Shown here: in pieces, positions 1 to 11,950 of the stretch
Layout: each line of letters opens with the position of its first letter
Position numbering within the stretch: position 1 is the first letter of the stretch
Assembly: GCF_001194135.2 (NCBI RefSeq)
Contig: NC_068987.1
Span: forward strand, 38,517,506 to 38,560,787
Length of the DNA: 43,282 nt
Direction: 5' to 3'
Origin: Octopus bimaculoides
Taxonomy: Eukaryota
Program-made: the position numbers and the translations under genes
Notes under the pieces: generated by a model
What the model saw: the letters and a program-made list of their open reading frames with translations, nothing else
What the model was told of the DNA's origin: nothing
The model's database searches: none

Positions 1-1225
1 ATAAGCTGAAGGTTTCTTTTACTTTATCTTGACAAAAAGCAATGCAGTTAATCAATGTATGCATCTAAATTATCAACACAATTTTGCCATTTTATCGGTA
101 GCTTATATTATGCTGGCATTGAAGAATTCTGGAGAGCAAGAGGTGATGAAATCACAAAAGGTATTTTTGCATCTTCTTCAGATTTGAAGTTTTTTCCTTG
201 CAAAAAGTTTTCTAATGCCTGGAAAATGTGATAGTCAGTTTGTGCAAGGTCTGGTGAATATGGTGGATGGGCTTCCAAGCTCAGTTCCTGTAACTTGAGT
301 AGTATTCTTTGTGCAACATGTGGTCAAGCATTGTCTTGCAAGAGAATTGGCCTGTCTCTATTGACAAATCTTGGATGTTTAATTGCAAGTTCCCTCATCA
401 TTTCATCCAACTGGTTGTTGTAAACATCTGCTGTAACTGATTTACTAGGTCTCATGAAGCTGTAATGGATGACACCAGTACTGGACTACCAAACCAAGAC
501 CGTTGGCTTTTTTGGATTGTGTTTTGTCACTTCGTCTCTGTCCAACCACTGTGCAGAACACTTGCTATTGTTGAAAAGAACCCATTTTTAATCATACGTA
601 ACAATATGATGCAAAAATGGTTCACTTTTATGCTGTGACAGCAAAGAACAACAAGTTTCAATATGACATGTCATTTGATGTTCGTTCAGTTCACGTGGTA
701 CCCACATGTCCAGCTTCCTGCCTTGCTGATTTGTTTCAGATGGTCCAATACAGTTGAAATCGAAACATCAAACCTTGTTGCTAACTCATGCGTACTTTGA
801 GATGTATCCACTTCAGTTTCCAGTTCATCATTATCCACCTTGATCTCAGGTCTACCATAGGGCTGATTTTCAAGAGTAAAGTCACCAGACCGGAACTTCT
901 CAAACCATCGACGTACAGTGTGCTCATTGGCCACATCTTCACCAAACACCTCATTGATGTTTTGAGTTGTCTGGGATGCATTGGTTCCATGATGGAACTC
1001 ATATTCATAAACAACATGAATTTTTGATCCATCCATGGGTTCAAAAAAATTGATTTACAAGAGAAAACTCACAATATAATCAGACACCATGAATTGCATT
1101 TCAAAAAGTGATGATGTAACTCTTCAATGTTGTAAAACAAAGAATTGTCAGGATAAAACGTTAGAGTTAGTGACTGTCAAACTTGGTGCATAAGAAAATC
1201 AGACATTTCATACTTAATGACCTGA
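1..1225 (-). mobile_element. Mariner (Tc1/mariner) DNA transposon, decayed; second TIR lies just outside the window
   Basis: Minus-strand transposase remnant. Terminal repeat reads TCAGGTCATTAAGTATGAAATG inward from 1225, followed by TA at 1226-1227. Confidence 0.9.
48..1036 (-). pseudogene. Mariner transposase pseudogene (frameshifts, stops)
   Basis: ORF 686-1036 has the HTH N-terminus (YEFHHG...TVRRWFEKFRSGD). Other frames give WVPREL (~690-705), HPPYSPDLAQTDYHIFQ (~221-272) and C-terminal LPIKWQNCVDNLDAYID* ending at 48. Confidence 0.9.
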
Positions 1226-1374
1226 TATATATGTATATATATAACATGTATATATATATATATCGGATGTTAAACGATGATGATGATAGATATATATATA
1301 TATATATAATGTAATATATTATATATGTACATACATGTATGTATATAAAAATGTGCGTATATATATATATATCA

Positions 1375-1750
1375 GCATGGCTGTGTTGTAAGAATATTGC
1401 TTCCCAACCACATGATTCTGGCTTCAGTCTCACTGCATGGCACCTTGTAAATGGATTTGGTAGATGGAAAGCCTTGTGAATAGATGAGGTAGATGAAAAC
1501 TGAAAGCCTGTCATATGTATATATGTATGTATCTATGTGTGTGTCAGTCTGTGTTTGCCCCACCGTCACTTGACAACTGATGGTGATGTGTTTATGTTCC
1601 CAACTTAGTGGTTCAGCAAAAGGACCAATACAATAAGTACTAGGCTTACCAAAAATAAGTCCTGGGGTCAATTTATTCAATTAAAAGCCTTTAAGGTGGT
1701 GCTCCAGCATGGCCACAATCAAATGACTGAAGCAAGTAAAAAATAGAAGA
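1375..1750 (+). mobile_element. tRNA-derived SINE (octopus-type), diverged
   Basis: tRNA-like head (TGGCTGTGTTGTAAGA...GGCTTCAGTCTCACTG), internal (TA/TG)n, tail ending ATGACTGAAGCAAGTAAAA. Head is homologous to 3482-3620. Confidence 0.7.
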
Positions 1751-1898
1751 ATGTATGTATATATATATAACATGTATGTATGTATGTGTATATATATGTA
1801 TATATATGTATGTATATATATATATGTATGTATATATATATATGTATGTATGTATATATATGTATGCATATATATATATGTATGTGTATATATATATG

Positions 1899-1987
<89 letters not shown>

Positions 1988-1992
1988 GCATG

Positions 1993-2029
<37 letters not shown>

Positions 2030-2110
2030 ATATATATATAAATATGTATGTATGTATATATACATATATGTGTGTTTGCATGTAGGTAGGTATGTATATA
2101 TATATATAAT
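1751..2110. repeat. Compound (TA)n/(TATG)n/(TG)n microsatellite
   Basis: Directly visible; it explains the YIYI ORFs in the ORF track. Confidence 0.97.
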
Positions 2111-2260
2111 GCAAGAGAGTTAGGGGTTGAGGATTCAACCCACTAAAGGATAGTATCTATCCAATATACTGCTGGGAGGGTACCCAATTATTGTTACACT
2201 AGTGTTATACCAAGTGTAATAAGTTGGTGCGGGTAAAAGGGAGTTATTTTACCCTAAATT

Positions 2261-2592
2261 TATATAGCAATTAGAAAATGGAGGAGAATATACGGTACCC
2301 ATCGACTTGTAGACAGTGTATTCCGTTGAATTAATTAACTTATTTTATAACTAAAATGACAAAAACTACAATAGTTCAGACCCTCAAAATGAATACTGCT
2401 GGTAAAATGGAGCTGATAAGGATGGACTCATCACTTAAAGACATACCTATCCCACCTAAGAACACATATATTAAAGAACTATTGTGGTTTTTGTCATTTT
2501 AGTTACAAAATAAATTAATTAATTCAACAGAATACACTGTCTGCAAGTCGATGGGTACCGCATATTCTCCTCCATTTTCTAATTGCTATATA
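2261..2592. repeat. Inverted repeat, 117-bp arms (2261-2377 / 2476-2592), 98-bp spacer
   Basis: Manual reverse-complement alignment, about 6 mismatches. Confidence 0.92.
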
Positions 2593-2712
2593 TATACATA
2601 TATATATATATATATAAACGTCTATATAAATATGGATAAGACCATTTAAATAATGATCATATCAAGTGGCAACATGGGAAGAAAAATTGTTTTAGGTTAG
2701 AATTATTATTAA

Positions 2713-2988
2713 AATTATAAATAAGGGTATCTAAGAGATACCACCATGCTTGAAATAGCAGTCAAAACCTGACTTTAACACCACATCATATATTCAATAC
2801 AGCACATATTGAAAAGACAAATAGATAAATGAACTAGTAAAAATTGGATCCAATTTTTACTAGTTCATTTATCTATTTGTCTTTTCACCTTGTGCTGGCT
2901 GTATTGAATATATGATGTGGTTTTAGAGTCAGGTTTTGACTGCTATTTCAAGCATGGTGGTATCTCTTAGATACCGTTATTTATAATT
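2713..2988. repeat. Spacerless palindrome, ~137-bp arms centred on GGATCC (2846-2851)
   Basis: ...GAACTAGTAAAAATTGGATCCAATTTTTACTAGTTC... extends to AATTATAA/TTATAATT with a few mismatches and small indels. Confidence 0.95.
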
Positions 2989-3012
2989 ATGTGTGTGTGT
3001 GTTTGAGTGTAG

Positions 3013-3056
<44 letters not shown>

Positions 3057-3259
3057 NNNNNNNNNNNNNNNNNNNNNNNNNNNNNNNNNNNNNNNNNNNN
3101 NNNNNNNNNNNNNNNNNNNNNNNNNNNNNNNNNNNNNNNNNNNNNNNNNNNNNNNNNNNNNNNNNNNNNNNNNNNNNNNNNNNNNNNNNNNNNNNNNNNN
3201 NNNNNNNNNNNNNNNNNNNNNNNNNNNNNNNNNNNNNNNNNNNNNNNNNNNNNNNNNNN
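3057..3259. other. Assembly gap (N run); small gaps also at 3938-3947, 8203-8212 and 16210-16219
   Basis: N characters. Confidence 1.
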
Positions 3260-3371
3260 CAAATCAGACTGGAGCCTGGTGTTGCCATCCGGTTTCACCA
3301 GTCCTCAGTCAAATCGTCCAACCCATGCTAGCATGGAAAGCGGACGTTAAACGATGATGATGATGATGATG

Positions 3372-3372
<1 letters not shown>
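3260..3372 (+). mobile_element. RTE LINE 3' end (or RTE-tail SINE) with (GAT)n tail
   Basis: AAATCAGACTGGAGCC...GGACGTTAAACGATGATGAT is nearly identical to 19455-19564, which is continuous with RTE coding sequence. Confidence 0.85.
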
Positions 3373-3402
<30 letters not shown>

Positions 3403-3403
3403 C

Positions 3404-3442
<39 letters not shown>

Positions 3443-3481
3443 CATATATATATGTATATAAATGTGTATTTGTGTGTGTGC

Positions 3482-3790
3482 AGGTATGGCTTTCTGGTTA
3501 AGAAGTTTGCTTTCCAGCCACCTGATTTCAAGTTCAGTCTCACTGCAGAGTGCTTTGGGTAAGTGTCTTCAGCTATAGCCTTAGGCCAATAAAAGCCTTG
3601 TGAGTATATTTGGTTGATAGAACTGAATTAAGCCATTTGTGTACATATATGTTTGTGTGTGTTTGTGCACCTCTTTTTTTACATATCAAGTGCTAGTTGT
3701 AAAAAATTATTGCTGTTATATAAGTGATGTCACTCATTTTCAAACTTTCATGAAAACACATACAGTCTTGAAGAACTATTACTTTAGTTG
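3482..3790 (+). mobile_element. tRNA-derived SINE, diverged
   Basis: Head homologous to 1375-1500 (GGTTAAGAAGTTTGCTT...AGTTCAGTCTCACTGCA...AAAGCCTTGTGA). Confidence 0.65.
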
Positions 3791-3901
3791 GAAATTGTTA
3801 ATGGCACCCAGCCATTGAAAATCTTCAACAACATTTGTCTGACCATACAAGCTATAACAATGATGACGATTTCATATATATATATGTATATACATATGTG
3901 C

Positions 3902-3937
<36 letters not shown>

Positions 3938-3947
3938 NNNNNNNNNN

Positions 3948-3987
<40 letters not shown>

Positions 3988-4259
3988 CATACACACACAC
4001 ACATATATACATGTGTGTGTACGTATGCACATGTATGCATATATATATAAAATTTTTTTTCCAGAATGAGATAAAAAAAACGAAGGCTGTGAAGATTTTA
4101 GAACATTTATAAATAGGTCTTCCAGATGTTTCCAATAGTAATAATAGCAATGATGGTAATAATAACGCTAATAATGCTAATAATATAGAATCTCCTACCC
4201 CCTTCTCTAACATCTCATCTGACGATATTACCTCCTCTATTCCTGAACACAGTCCACAA

Positions 4260-4750
4260 AATCCACCTAATTGTAATTGCTGTCCTGGAACCATCTGCCT
4301 GTTACAAGCCTATTGCAGAAGATATAATGTAATTTACAAATGCACTATCATCAATCAATTACACAACTCTACAGCCATATACATAGGATCAACCAAAAGT
4401 TGTAAGCAACGATATGCCGCTCACCTAAAAGAATGACTTTTAGATACGATAAACATAGTAAATCTACAACACTCACTAACCACATACATCATCTCAAAAA
4501 TACAAATATACCCTATACTCTATCATGGTCCATACTGGACTTAGGGCTTCCCTACCGAGATCAATGCTCAACCTGCAAACCTTGCCTGAAGGAGGCACTT
4601 CACATATTAAAGCACAACTATCCAGCACTACTAAATAAACATAATGAGGTACTAAGCACATGCAACCACCGCTTTTTTCACACATTCAAATTCTACCACA
4701 AATCCAAATGCCTAAATGACCATACAGTATATTTCTGCAATACCCCTTAG
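4260..4750 (+). pseudogene. PLE GIY-YIG endonuclease remnant (one frameshift near 4433)
   Basis: NCNC...C...NVIYKC...YIGST...KQRYAAH, then shifted frame STTLTNHIHHLK...WSI...C..CLKEAL...LLNK..E...CNH. Confidence 0.85.
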
Positions 4751-5751
4751 GTAATCCCAATAACCTTATAAATCTGCATTTTAACTCTTAATCCCTATCT
4801 AATTCCTCACTCATACTCGAATATCACAACCATCTAATAATATTCGTGTATATATGCTTGCATATGTGCGTGTATATGTATGTGTGAATGTATGTATGTA
4901 TGCAAGGTATGTATACCTTCGTATAGAGAGGTGATGATACATACAGATACACGTATATATAGGTGTGCATGTGTACATATACACATGAGTAGGAGTTGTA
5001 TGTGTAGATATTGATATGTATAAACATCTGTATAAATATATATATACATGTCTAATGTATACATATGTATACATATTCACATATATATTTTCTCCTATTA
5101 CTAAGTACTGACCTGTCCGACCACCTAATCTATATTCTTAAATTCTTCATTCCATACTACTACCCCTCTCTCTTCCCCATCACTTAGACTCTATCACTAC
5201 TTAACTGACACTCCTTTACTGTTTATACCTCTCTCTCTCTATCACCCCCATTCCTTCTATCTTTTTACACACTAATACCTTTCTCTCTCTATCACCCTCA
5301 CCTCCCCATTCCTACTTTCAAATTATCCTGACTGACCACTAACTGGTACACTTTCCCTTATTATCTCTCTCCTTGTTTTTCTTTTTTCTTTCTTTTCTTT
5401 ATTCCTCTCTTCCTGTTTTTTCTTCTTTGTTTTTTCTTCTCTTTTTTTCTCTTTTCTTTATTCCTCTCTTCCTGTTTTCGATTTGACCTTACAAATACAT
5501 TCCCTACCTTTAGGTCACTTTAAATAAAACCCTTGATTCAATAGCACTGTGTACAAACTTTATACCAATTTTAGATACTATTGGATTTTACTCACAAGGT
5601 TTTGGAATTTTATATGTATACCATTCTGCCTAAATAATAGATCTACAAATGCAATATCATTGAATATCTCACATCTATTTTCATTCCTCCACTTCACTCT
5701 CTATTTCGTATCTTGTCTAAATTAACTATTGCTTAACCATCTTCTCACATC

Positions 5752-5799
5752 GTCTCCGATGAAGGGATATAATATATATCCTGGAAACAGCTGTAAGAC
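5752..5799 (+). ncRNA. Minimal type I hammerhead ribozyme motif (U4C core variant)
   Basis: Stem I GTCT/AGAC; CCGATGA; stem II GGGATATA/TATATCCT; GAAA; palindromic stem III CAGCTG; GUA cleavage triplet ending at 5795. Confidence 0.75.
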
Positions 5800-5993
5800 C
5801 TATTTATAAATGTTCTAAAATCTTCACAGCCTTGGTTTTTTTATCTCATTCTGAAAAAAAAAAATTTTATATATACACACGCTGATATATGACCTACGTT
5901 GGACTCCTTATTCGCATAATCACCGAACCTGGAGCTTAACTATGGTCTATCCATAGCACTTACTCAGCATTACCTGACACCTTTGGGTCTTAC

Positions 5994-6322
5994 NNNNNNN
6001 NNNNNNNNNNNNNNNNNNNNNNNNNNNNNNNNNNNNNNNNNNNNNNNNNNNNNNNNNNNNNNNNNNNNNNNNNNNNNNNNNNNNNNNNNNNNNNNNNNNN
6101 NNNNNNNNNNNNNNNNNNNNNNNNNNNNNNNNNNNNNNNNNNNNNNNNNNNNNNNNNNNNNNNNNNNNNNNNNNNNNNNNNNNNNNNNNNNNNNNNNNNN
6201 NNNNNNNNNNNNNNNNNNNNNNNNNNNNNNNNNNNNNNNNNNNNNNNNNNNNNNNNNNNNNNNNNNNNNNNNNNNNNNNNNNNNNNNNNNNNNNNNNNNN
6301 NNNNNNNNNNNNNNNNNNNNNN
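5994..6322. other. Assembly gap (N run)
   Basis: N characters. Confidence 1.
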
Positions 6323-7341
6323 ATATATATTGTACCCATAGCCACAGCCTCTGGCTGAAACTAAGAAAGAAATAAAAAACTATATATATATATATATAGT
6401 CTTTTATATATATATATATTGAATGAAGCTTGTGACTCACTGTGTTCTAGTGGTTTCTCACTCAGTTTCCTCTTAAATTCTCTTCTTAATTAACATCTTG
6501 TGTTAAATTAACAATGCAGAGCAATAAACTGTAAGTAGTTATAGAGTGAATCATATGCTTGGTAGAAATAGATACGCTTTATAGTTTGTATTGAGTGCTC
6601 TCTCTCATTTGCAGAACGACCCAGATGTGTATGTGTGTGTGCATGTGTATGTGTATGCATCTGTGTGCTTGTGTTCTTGTATGAAAAACATGTGCATGCG
6701 GTTTTGTCATTAATCAGTTATATTAGTGTAGCAGACTCCACCCTCCAACATGGTCAAAGCAAATTTTTCCATCCAGTGTATTTACCCAAAACGAAAGCCT
6801 GCTTATTCACATGAACATTAAGAAAAATAAATAAACCCCCAAACATCACCTGAAGTGTTTTGTAGATTCATTTATAGCTTAATAGAATGAAAAAATTTGT
6901 TATGTATGATAACCATCTCATTTAGTAGCTTTTTGTTGTTTTTGTTTTTGAGATAAACAACCAGAGCCTTTACAAACTTAAGTTGATAAAAACATACAAA
7001 AAAAGGAAACAAAAATCATTTTTTTCTACTGCACTGAAAGAGAGCAAATGTTAACATTTAAAATCCTATGTATAACAGAACTAATATGTCACCCTGTTTA
7101 ACACCACTACTTGGTCTTTGGATGTTTACACCAGATAATTCTGTTCCAACCAGACAGTCTACTATTGTCCATGTTTTTACAGCTGCTTTTGATCTACAGG
7201 AAAGCCATGGACATTGACCAAATTGTCTGGAAAGTATGTTTTGTAAAGGTAACAGATGCAGTCTCTCCTATTTTAACTAATTTTATTTTTTAAAAACACA
7301 CATTTCAAATTCCTTAAACATTCCACATTTTAAGAAAGCAA

Positions 7342-7500
7342 GTGAGTTGGCAGAATCAATGGAGCAATGGGCAAAATGATTTGCAATTCTAATTATGTCC
7401 ATTTATGTTCTAAGTTCTAATCCTATTGAAATTAACTTTTATCCTTCCATGGTTGGTGAAATAAACCTCAGTCAAATACTGGGGTCAATATAATTGACTG
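7342..7500 (+). mobile_element. Highly diverged SINE, same family as 9573-9810
   Basis: GTGAGTTGGCAGAAT...ATCCTT...CAAATACTGGGGTCAATATAATTGA resembles the 9573 copy. Confidence 0.55.
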
Positions 7501-8166
7501 CATTAGAAACAGTTTTCTGAATTCCACTATATAATAACAAGTCCATTCTATGATTTATGCATCGAATGTACAATTAATATTTCCCACTTTTGGCAGCTAT
7601 GTCAGATTTTCTTTTCTATTTTGTCTTTCAAATGATTCAACATTTCTCCAACTGAAAATATTTCATTTATGATTGTCTTTTAATTATCTTAATTATTCAA
7701 TATTTTTAACACAAATTTAAACAGATTGCATTTATTAATAATTATTTGCAGTTTCAAATGAAATTTTCTTTTGGCAATATATAAAATGATTTTTAGAAAC
7801 AATTTGTTGTTAAATTTCAACAGTGAAATTACAAATTTTATACCATTAAATTTTTCTAAACATCCTCTGTATGTATGCATGTACATGTGTGTGTGTATAC
7901 ATACATACATGCACACTTACAAAACATACATACATGTGTGTGTGTGTGTGTGTGTAGATAGATAGATAGATAGATAGATAGATATTCATTTGTTCTCAAC
8001 TGAGACTTCAATGTGTCACAAGTTACCTTTCTCCATTACACTCTTTAAAGCAGCATGCAAGAAATGGAGAAACTCAGAGTAACAAGAGTAATACCTCAGC
8101 TTTGAATAAATTAATAAACTCAACAACATATATTGAGTACTTTTTGTCTCATTTGTATATGCAAGT

Positions 8167-8202
<36 letters not shown>

Positions 8203-8212
8203 NNNNNNNNNN

Positions 8213-8248
<36 letters not shown>

Positions 8249-9572
8249 ATACACACATACATGAAGCAGCAGAAAGAATACAGTGAAATTGTTGTAGGAA
8301 GTAGCATATCCACCATTTTGGACTGAGTACTTCTTTTGGGTAAAGATGGCAAGAGAGAAATAAAACAGAGTCAACAGAATTTTACATCTATGTTTGAGAA
8401 ATTGTTGAGAACACAAGACAATGGGAACTTCATATGTGAACAGGAAGTAGTAGGAGAGAGAAACCAGTTGAGAGAAGAAGAAAATATGTTGGTATGGGTG
8501 ATATGCAGGGAAAAATTGATGTGAGAAAGGTGGCGAAAGCTGACTGGTAAGAATGGGGTTACTGAACTGAGAGGTGGAGGTGTAAAAGAGAAAAATGCTC
8601 AATTAAATTTGCTGCTGACATATTTCTGAATTTGAATATGAAATGCTCCTATTTCCTTTGTGCAGCCATGGTGCTTGAAGGTACCAGTAATGTACTGGTA
8701 GTGACAGATTGATCAAGCATATGTGATAGTATGCTTTGACTGTGCTGTTGGAGGTTAAGAACATCACAAAGTTTGCAGATGATGCAATATATGAGGTTGG
8801 GAAATGTGCAGCAGAAAATTTGGATCATGTGATGCTGATTTAGGCACTGTGGCATTTGTAGTGTTGTTAATGTAGGGGTAGGTATTAAATGTACCTGATT
8901 GTTATGACTGGATGCTGTAGAGCTTCTGATTAGGGGTTGTCTTGGTTCCTATTATTTTGAAGGCCATGAGAGGTGATGCAGGTAAGTCCAGACCAGTTGT
9001 GGGGTTAGAATATAGGATTCAGAAGTTGCAGATGAATGTTAGTCTCAATGGAAGGTGAGTGGAATCTGGCTTGTGCATAAAGAGAGTATGAGGGCAATGG
9101 CATCATTGATGTCTTAGGCTCAATGGAGTGTGGGGTCCACTACTGATTGAAGGTACCTCAATTCAGGAAGAAATATCATATTCTTTCACACTGAAATTCA
9201 AAATCCAAATCAATAATACAATGAAACCAAAGAAAGTGAGACAATGGTATAGCAAATTTAGTGTACTTGGGATGAGAGAAGAGTAGTGGTAGGTGTGAAG
9301 TGGACAATGACAGTTGGATATTGCTGATAATGATGGAGAAAACAAGAAAATTAACAAAGGTGATAGATACAGTGGAGGTAAATTTTAAGGTTAGGTGAAA
9401 AGAATAAATGAAAGAGACAAACCTATCAAACTGTTGTCTGGTGAGGGTAGTAGCACTAACACAGTTGGTGCTACTATCAGTTACACAGAAATTTCATTCA
9501 GTTATACACAAGTGTGTATAATATAATATACATACCATATAATATAATATACATAATATATATATATACATA

Positions 9573-9810
9573 GGGCGGTGAGCTGGCAGAATTGTTAGCA
9601 TACCGGGCAAAATTCTTAGCGGTATTTCGTCTGCCGTTACATTCTGAGTTCAAATTCCACTGAAGTCAACTTTGCCTTTCATCCTTTCGGGGTTGATTAA
9701 ATAAATACCAGTTACGCACTGGGGTCGATGTAATCGATTTAATCCCTTTGTCTGTCTTTGTTTGTCCTCTTTATGTTTAGCCCCCTTGTGGGCAACAAAG
9801 AAATAAATAT
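9573..9810 (+). mobile_element. tRNA-derived CORE-type SINE
   Basis: GGCGGTGAGCTGGCAGAA head, B-box-like GAGTTCAAATTCC, CORE-like CCTTTCATCCTTTCGGGG...ACCAGTT, A-rich tail. Confidence 0.7.
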
Positions 9811-9999
9811 AATATACATACAATGCTATTTGTTTCCATATTAGAATTTTTCAGTTCAATATATAACTTTTATCTTTTCTCTGGACTCTGTTCCTTTTAT
9901 TTTCTTTCCTAGCAGTGCTGTCCTTCCCTCCTTCTCTATTTCTCTTTCCCTTCCACCTTTATTCTATTGTGTGATTATATAGGCCATTAAAAAAAATGT

Positions 10000-10043
<44 letters not shown>

Positions 10044-10791
10044 GAAAAGCAATGCAGAGGAAAGAATATGTTATATGGTCACATGAGTTCGAAACTGCAG
10101 TAAGGTTTCCAATATGATTTTTTCCAATACATACTAAATGTTACATTCCAGTTCACTGTCATAAAATCTGATGATATGTATATATAAAATAAATTGAGGA
10201 CTTTTACACAGCTAAGACATGGTTATACCTGATTTCTTCATAAATTTTGATGTTTTTTTAAATGCTAGCAATTATTGTAAATTTATTTATTGAGTGGTAT
10301 TAGATTAATAAAGAATACAAAGGGAAATTAAACATATCAGAAAAAGTACACAAAACGAGAATATTATTTAGTGACTTGCAGAAAACTGCACTTCTAGAAT
10401 TTGTTAAAGATTTTTAATTAAAATTAAATTTTTGATAGATATTGGCATAATTTGGAGAAAAAAAATCAGAGGTAAATTTATTCATACAGTTGTTTGATAT
10501 GCTCTTTGAATATTCCCACATGATCCCTGCTATTTCTAGCTTGCTAAACAACCATGTAGTTTGGCTAACTTGAGGTCTGTTTAAAAGAGAGATAAAATAA
10601 TGAAAGCAATATTTATGTTTATAAGATAAAAAAAGGATACAAAGGAAAATTAGATGTAATATATATGAAAGAAAATTAAACAAAATATGAGAAAAATTAC
10701 TCAAATAGGGAATCAAATATGAAAATATGTGGCTTGTGGAAAACCACTCAGAAGGCAGCTTTTCTGCCTATTATCTATCTATCTATCTATC

Positions 10792-10824
<33 letters not shown>

Positions 10825-10937
10825 ATACACACACACATATATATGGTGCAAAGGTAATGAGAAAAACTATGCAAAAATGAGATAAAAACTGGGGAAATTG
10901 AAATGCATGATATACATACATTTATATCATCATTTAT

Positions 10938-11950
10938 ATCATCATCATCATCATTTAACAACAGTTGTCCATACTGGCATGGATTGGATGGTTTGACCAG
11001 GGCTGAGAATGTCTGATTGGATATGGTTTCTACAGCTGAATGCCCTTCCTAATGCCAACCACTCTGAGAATGTAATGGGTGCTTTTACATGACACTGGCA
11101 TGAATGCCATTTGCGTGACACCAGTATCTGCCATAACTGGTTTTACTTGGCTTGATGGTTCTTCTTCTCAAGCACAGTATAATGCCAAAGATTTTGGTCA
11201 TTTGTCATTGCCTCCATGAGGCCCAACACTCAAAAGGTGCTTTTCATGTGCCACCAGTATATTCTACCTTACCTCTGTGAGGCCCAACACTAGAAAGGTG
11301 TTTTTATGTGCCACCTGTACAAAGCCAGTTACATGACTCCAGCATCGGCCATGACTATGATTTCACTTGGCTTGATGGGTCTTCTCAAGCAGAGTATATT
11401 GCCAAAGGTCTTGGTCAGTAGTCATTGCCTCCATGAGGCCCAAAGTTCACCACCTTGTCCCATGTATTCCTGGGTCTACCTCTATTACAGGTTCTCTCCA
11501 CAGTTAGAAATTGGCACTTCTTTACACAGCTCTCCTCATCCATATCAAATCAAATTTATTGGCAGGAGAACAGCACAATGTGCTTAAGCCATGTAAAAAA
11601 AAAGTTGTTATATACAGTTTTATACATAGTTACCACAGTTGTCCAAAAGTATTGGCCCTGGGGAGTGCCACTGCAGGCATTCATCTCCACGGAGAGATGT
11701 CCATTTATCTGCACCTGAAAGCACAGTCATCTCTTATGCATACCATATCTGATGCCTCTTTTCTCTCAAGATGCTTACACTGTTGTACATGCACTCTGAC
11801 ATTGCACATGCAGCAAAGTATACTGGCTTCATTTCTTTCATGCCCATGCATGTCCTCAGCTGTCACAGCCCATGTTTCACTGCCATGTAGCATAGATGTT
11901 CTCACACATCATACAGTCTGCCTTTCACTCTGAGGGAGAGGCCCTTTGTT
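10938..11950 (-). mobile_element. RTE LINE 3' fragment (C-terminal ORF remnant, 3' UTR, (GAT)n tail)
   Basis: SMLHGSETWAVTAEDM (ORF 11705-11905), MDEESCVKKC...TCNRGRPRNTWDKVV, and a UTR homologous to the other RTE tails. Confidence 0.88.
11544..11719 (-). mobile_element. Short retrotransposed 3'-end insert inside the RTE, family unassigned
   Basis: Interrupts the RTE reading between ...GACTGTGCT and ATGGATGAGG; ends in AATAAATTTGATTTGAT on the minus strand. Confidence 0.55.

Larger units (their letters stand above)
4043..5875 (+). mobile_element. Penelope-like retroelement (PLE), 5'-truncated, with inverted partial pseudo-LTR at its 5' end
   Basis: GIY-YIG endonuclease remnant, pyrimidine-rich 3' region and hammerhead motif at 5752-5799. 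4043-4133 is the reverse complement of 5783-5875. Confidence 0.85.

Noticed and set aside
1167-2138. Many 60-140 aa ORFs rich in Y/I/H/T/V/C (also near 3000-4070, 4811-5080, 8016-8352 and 17171-17565)
   Set aside because: Translations of (TA)n/(CA)n microsatellites or of N gaps.
2405-2445. Hammerhead-like CTGATAAGGATGGACTCATC
   Set aside because: The core is CUGAUAA, no GAAA follows the short stem, and there is no stem I.
7090-7226. Minus-strand frame ending GVKQGDIL, resembling an RT motif
   Set aside because: Single short motif with no other RT motifs nearby; probably chance.
8280-9480. Possible ancient LINE remnants (also ~17520-19000, 19565-19990, 23560-24330 and 37900-38560)
   Set aside because: Strand-biased composition suggests decayed retroelements, but I could not read diagnostic motifs with confidence.
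10414-10716. Minus-strand ORF with an acceptor-like site near 10576
   Set aside because: Not phase-compatible with the candidate exon at 8027-8099, no recognisable domain, and very AT-rich.
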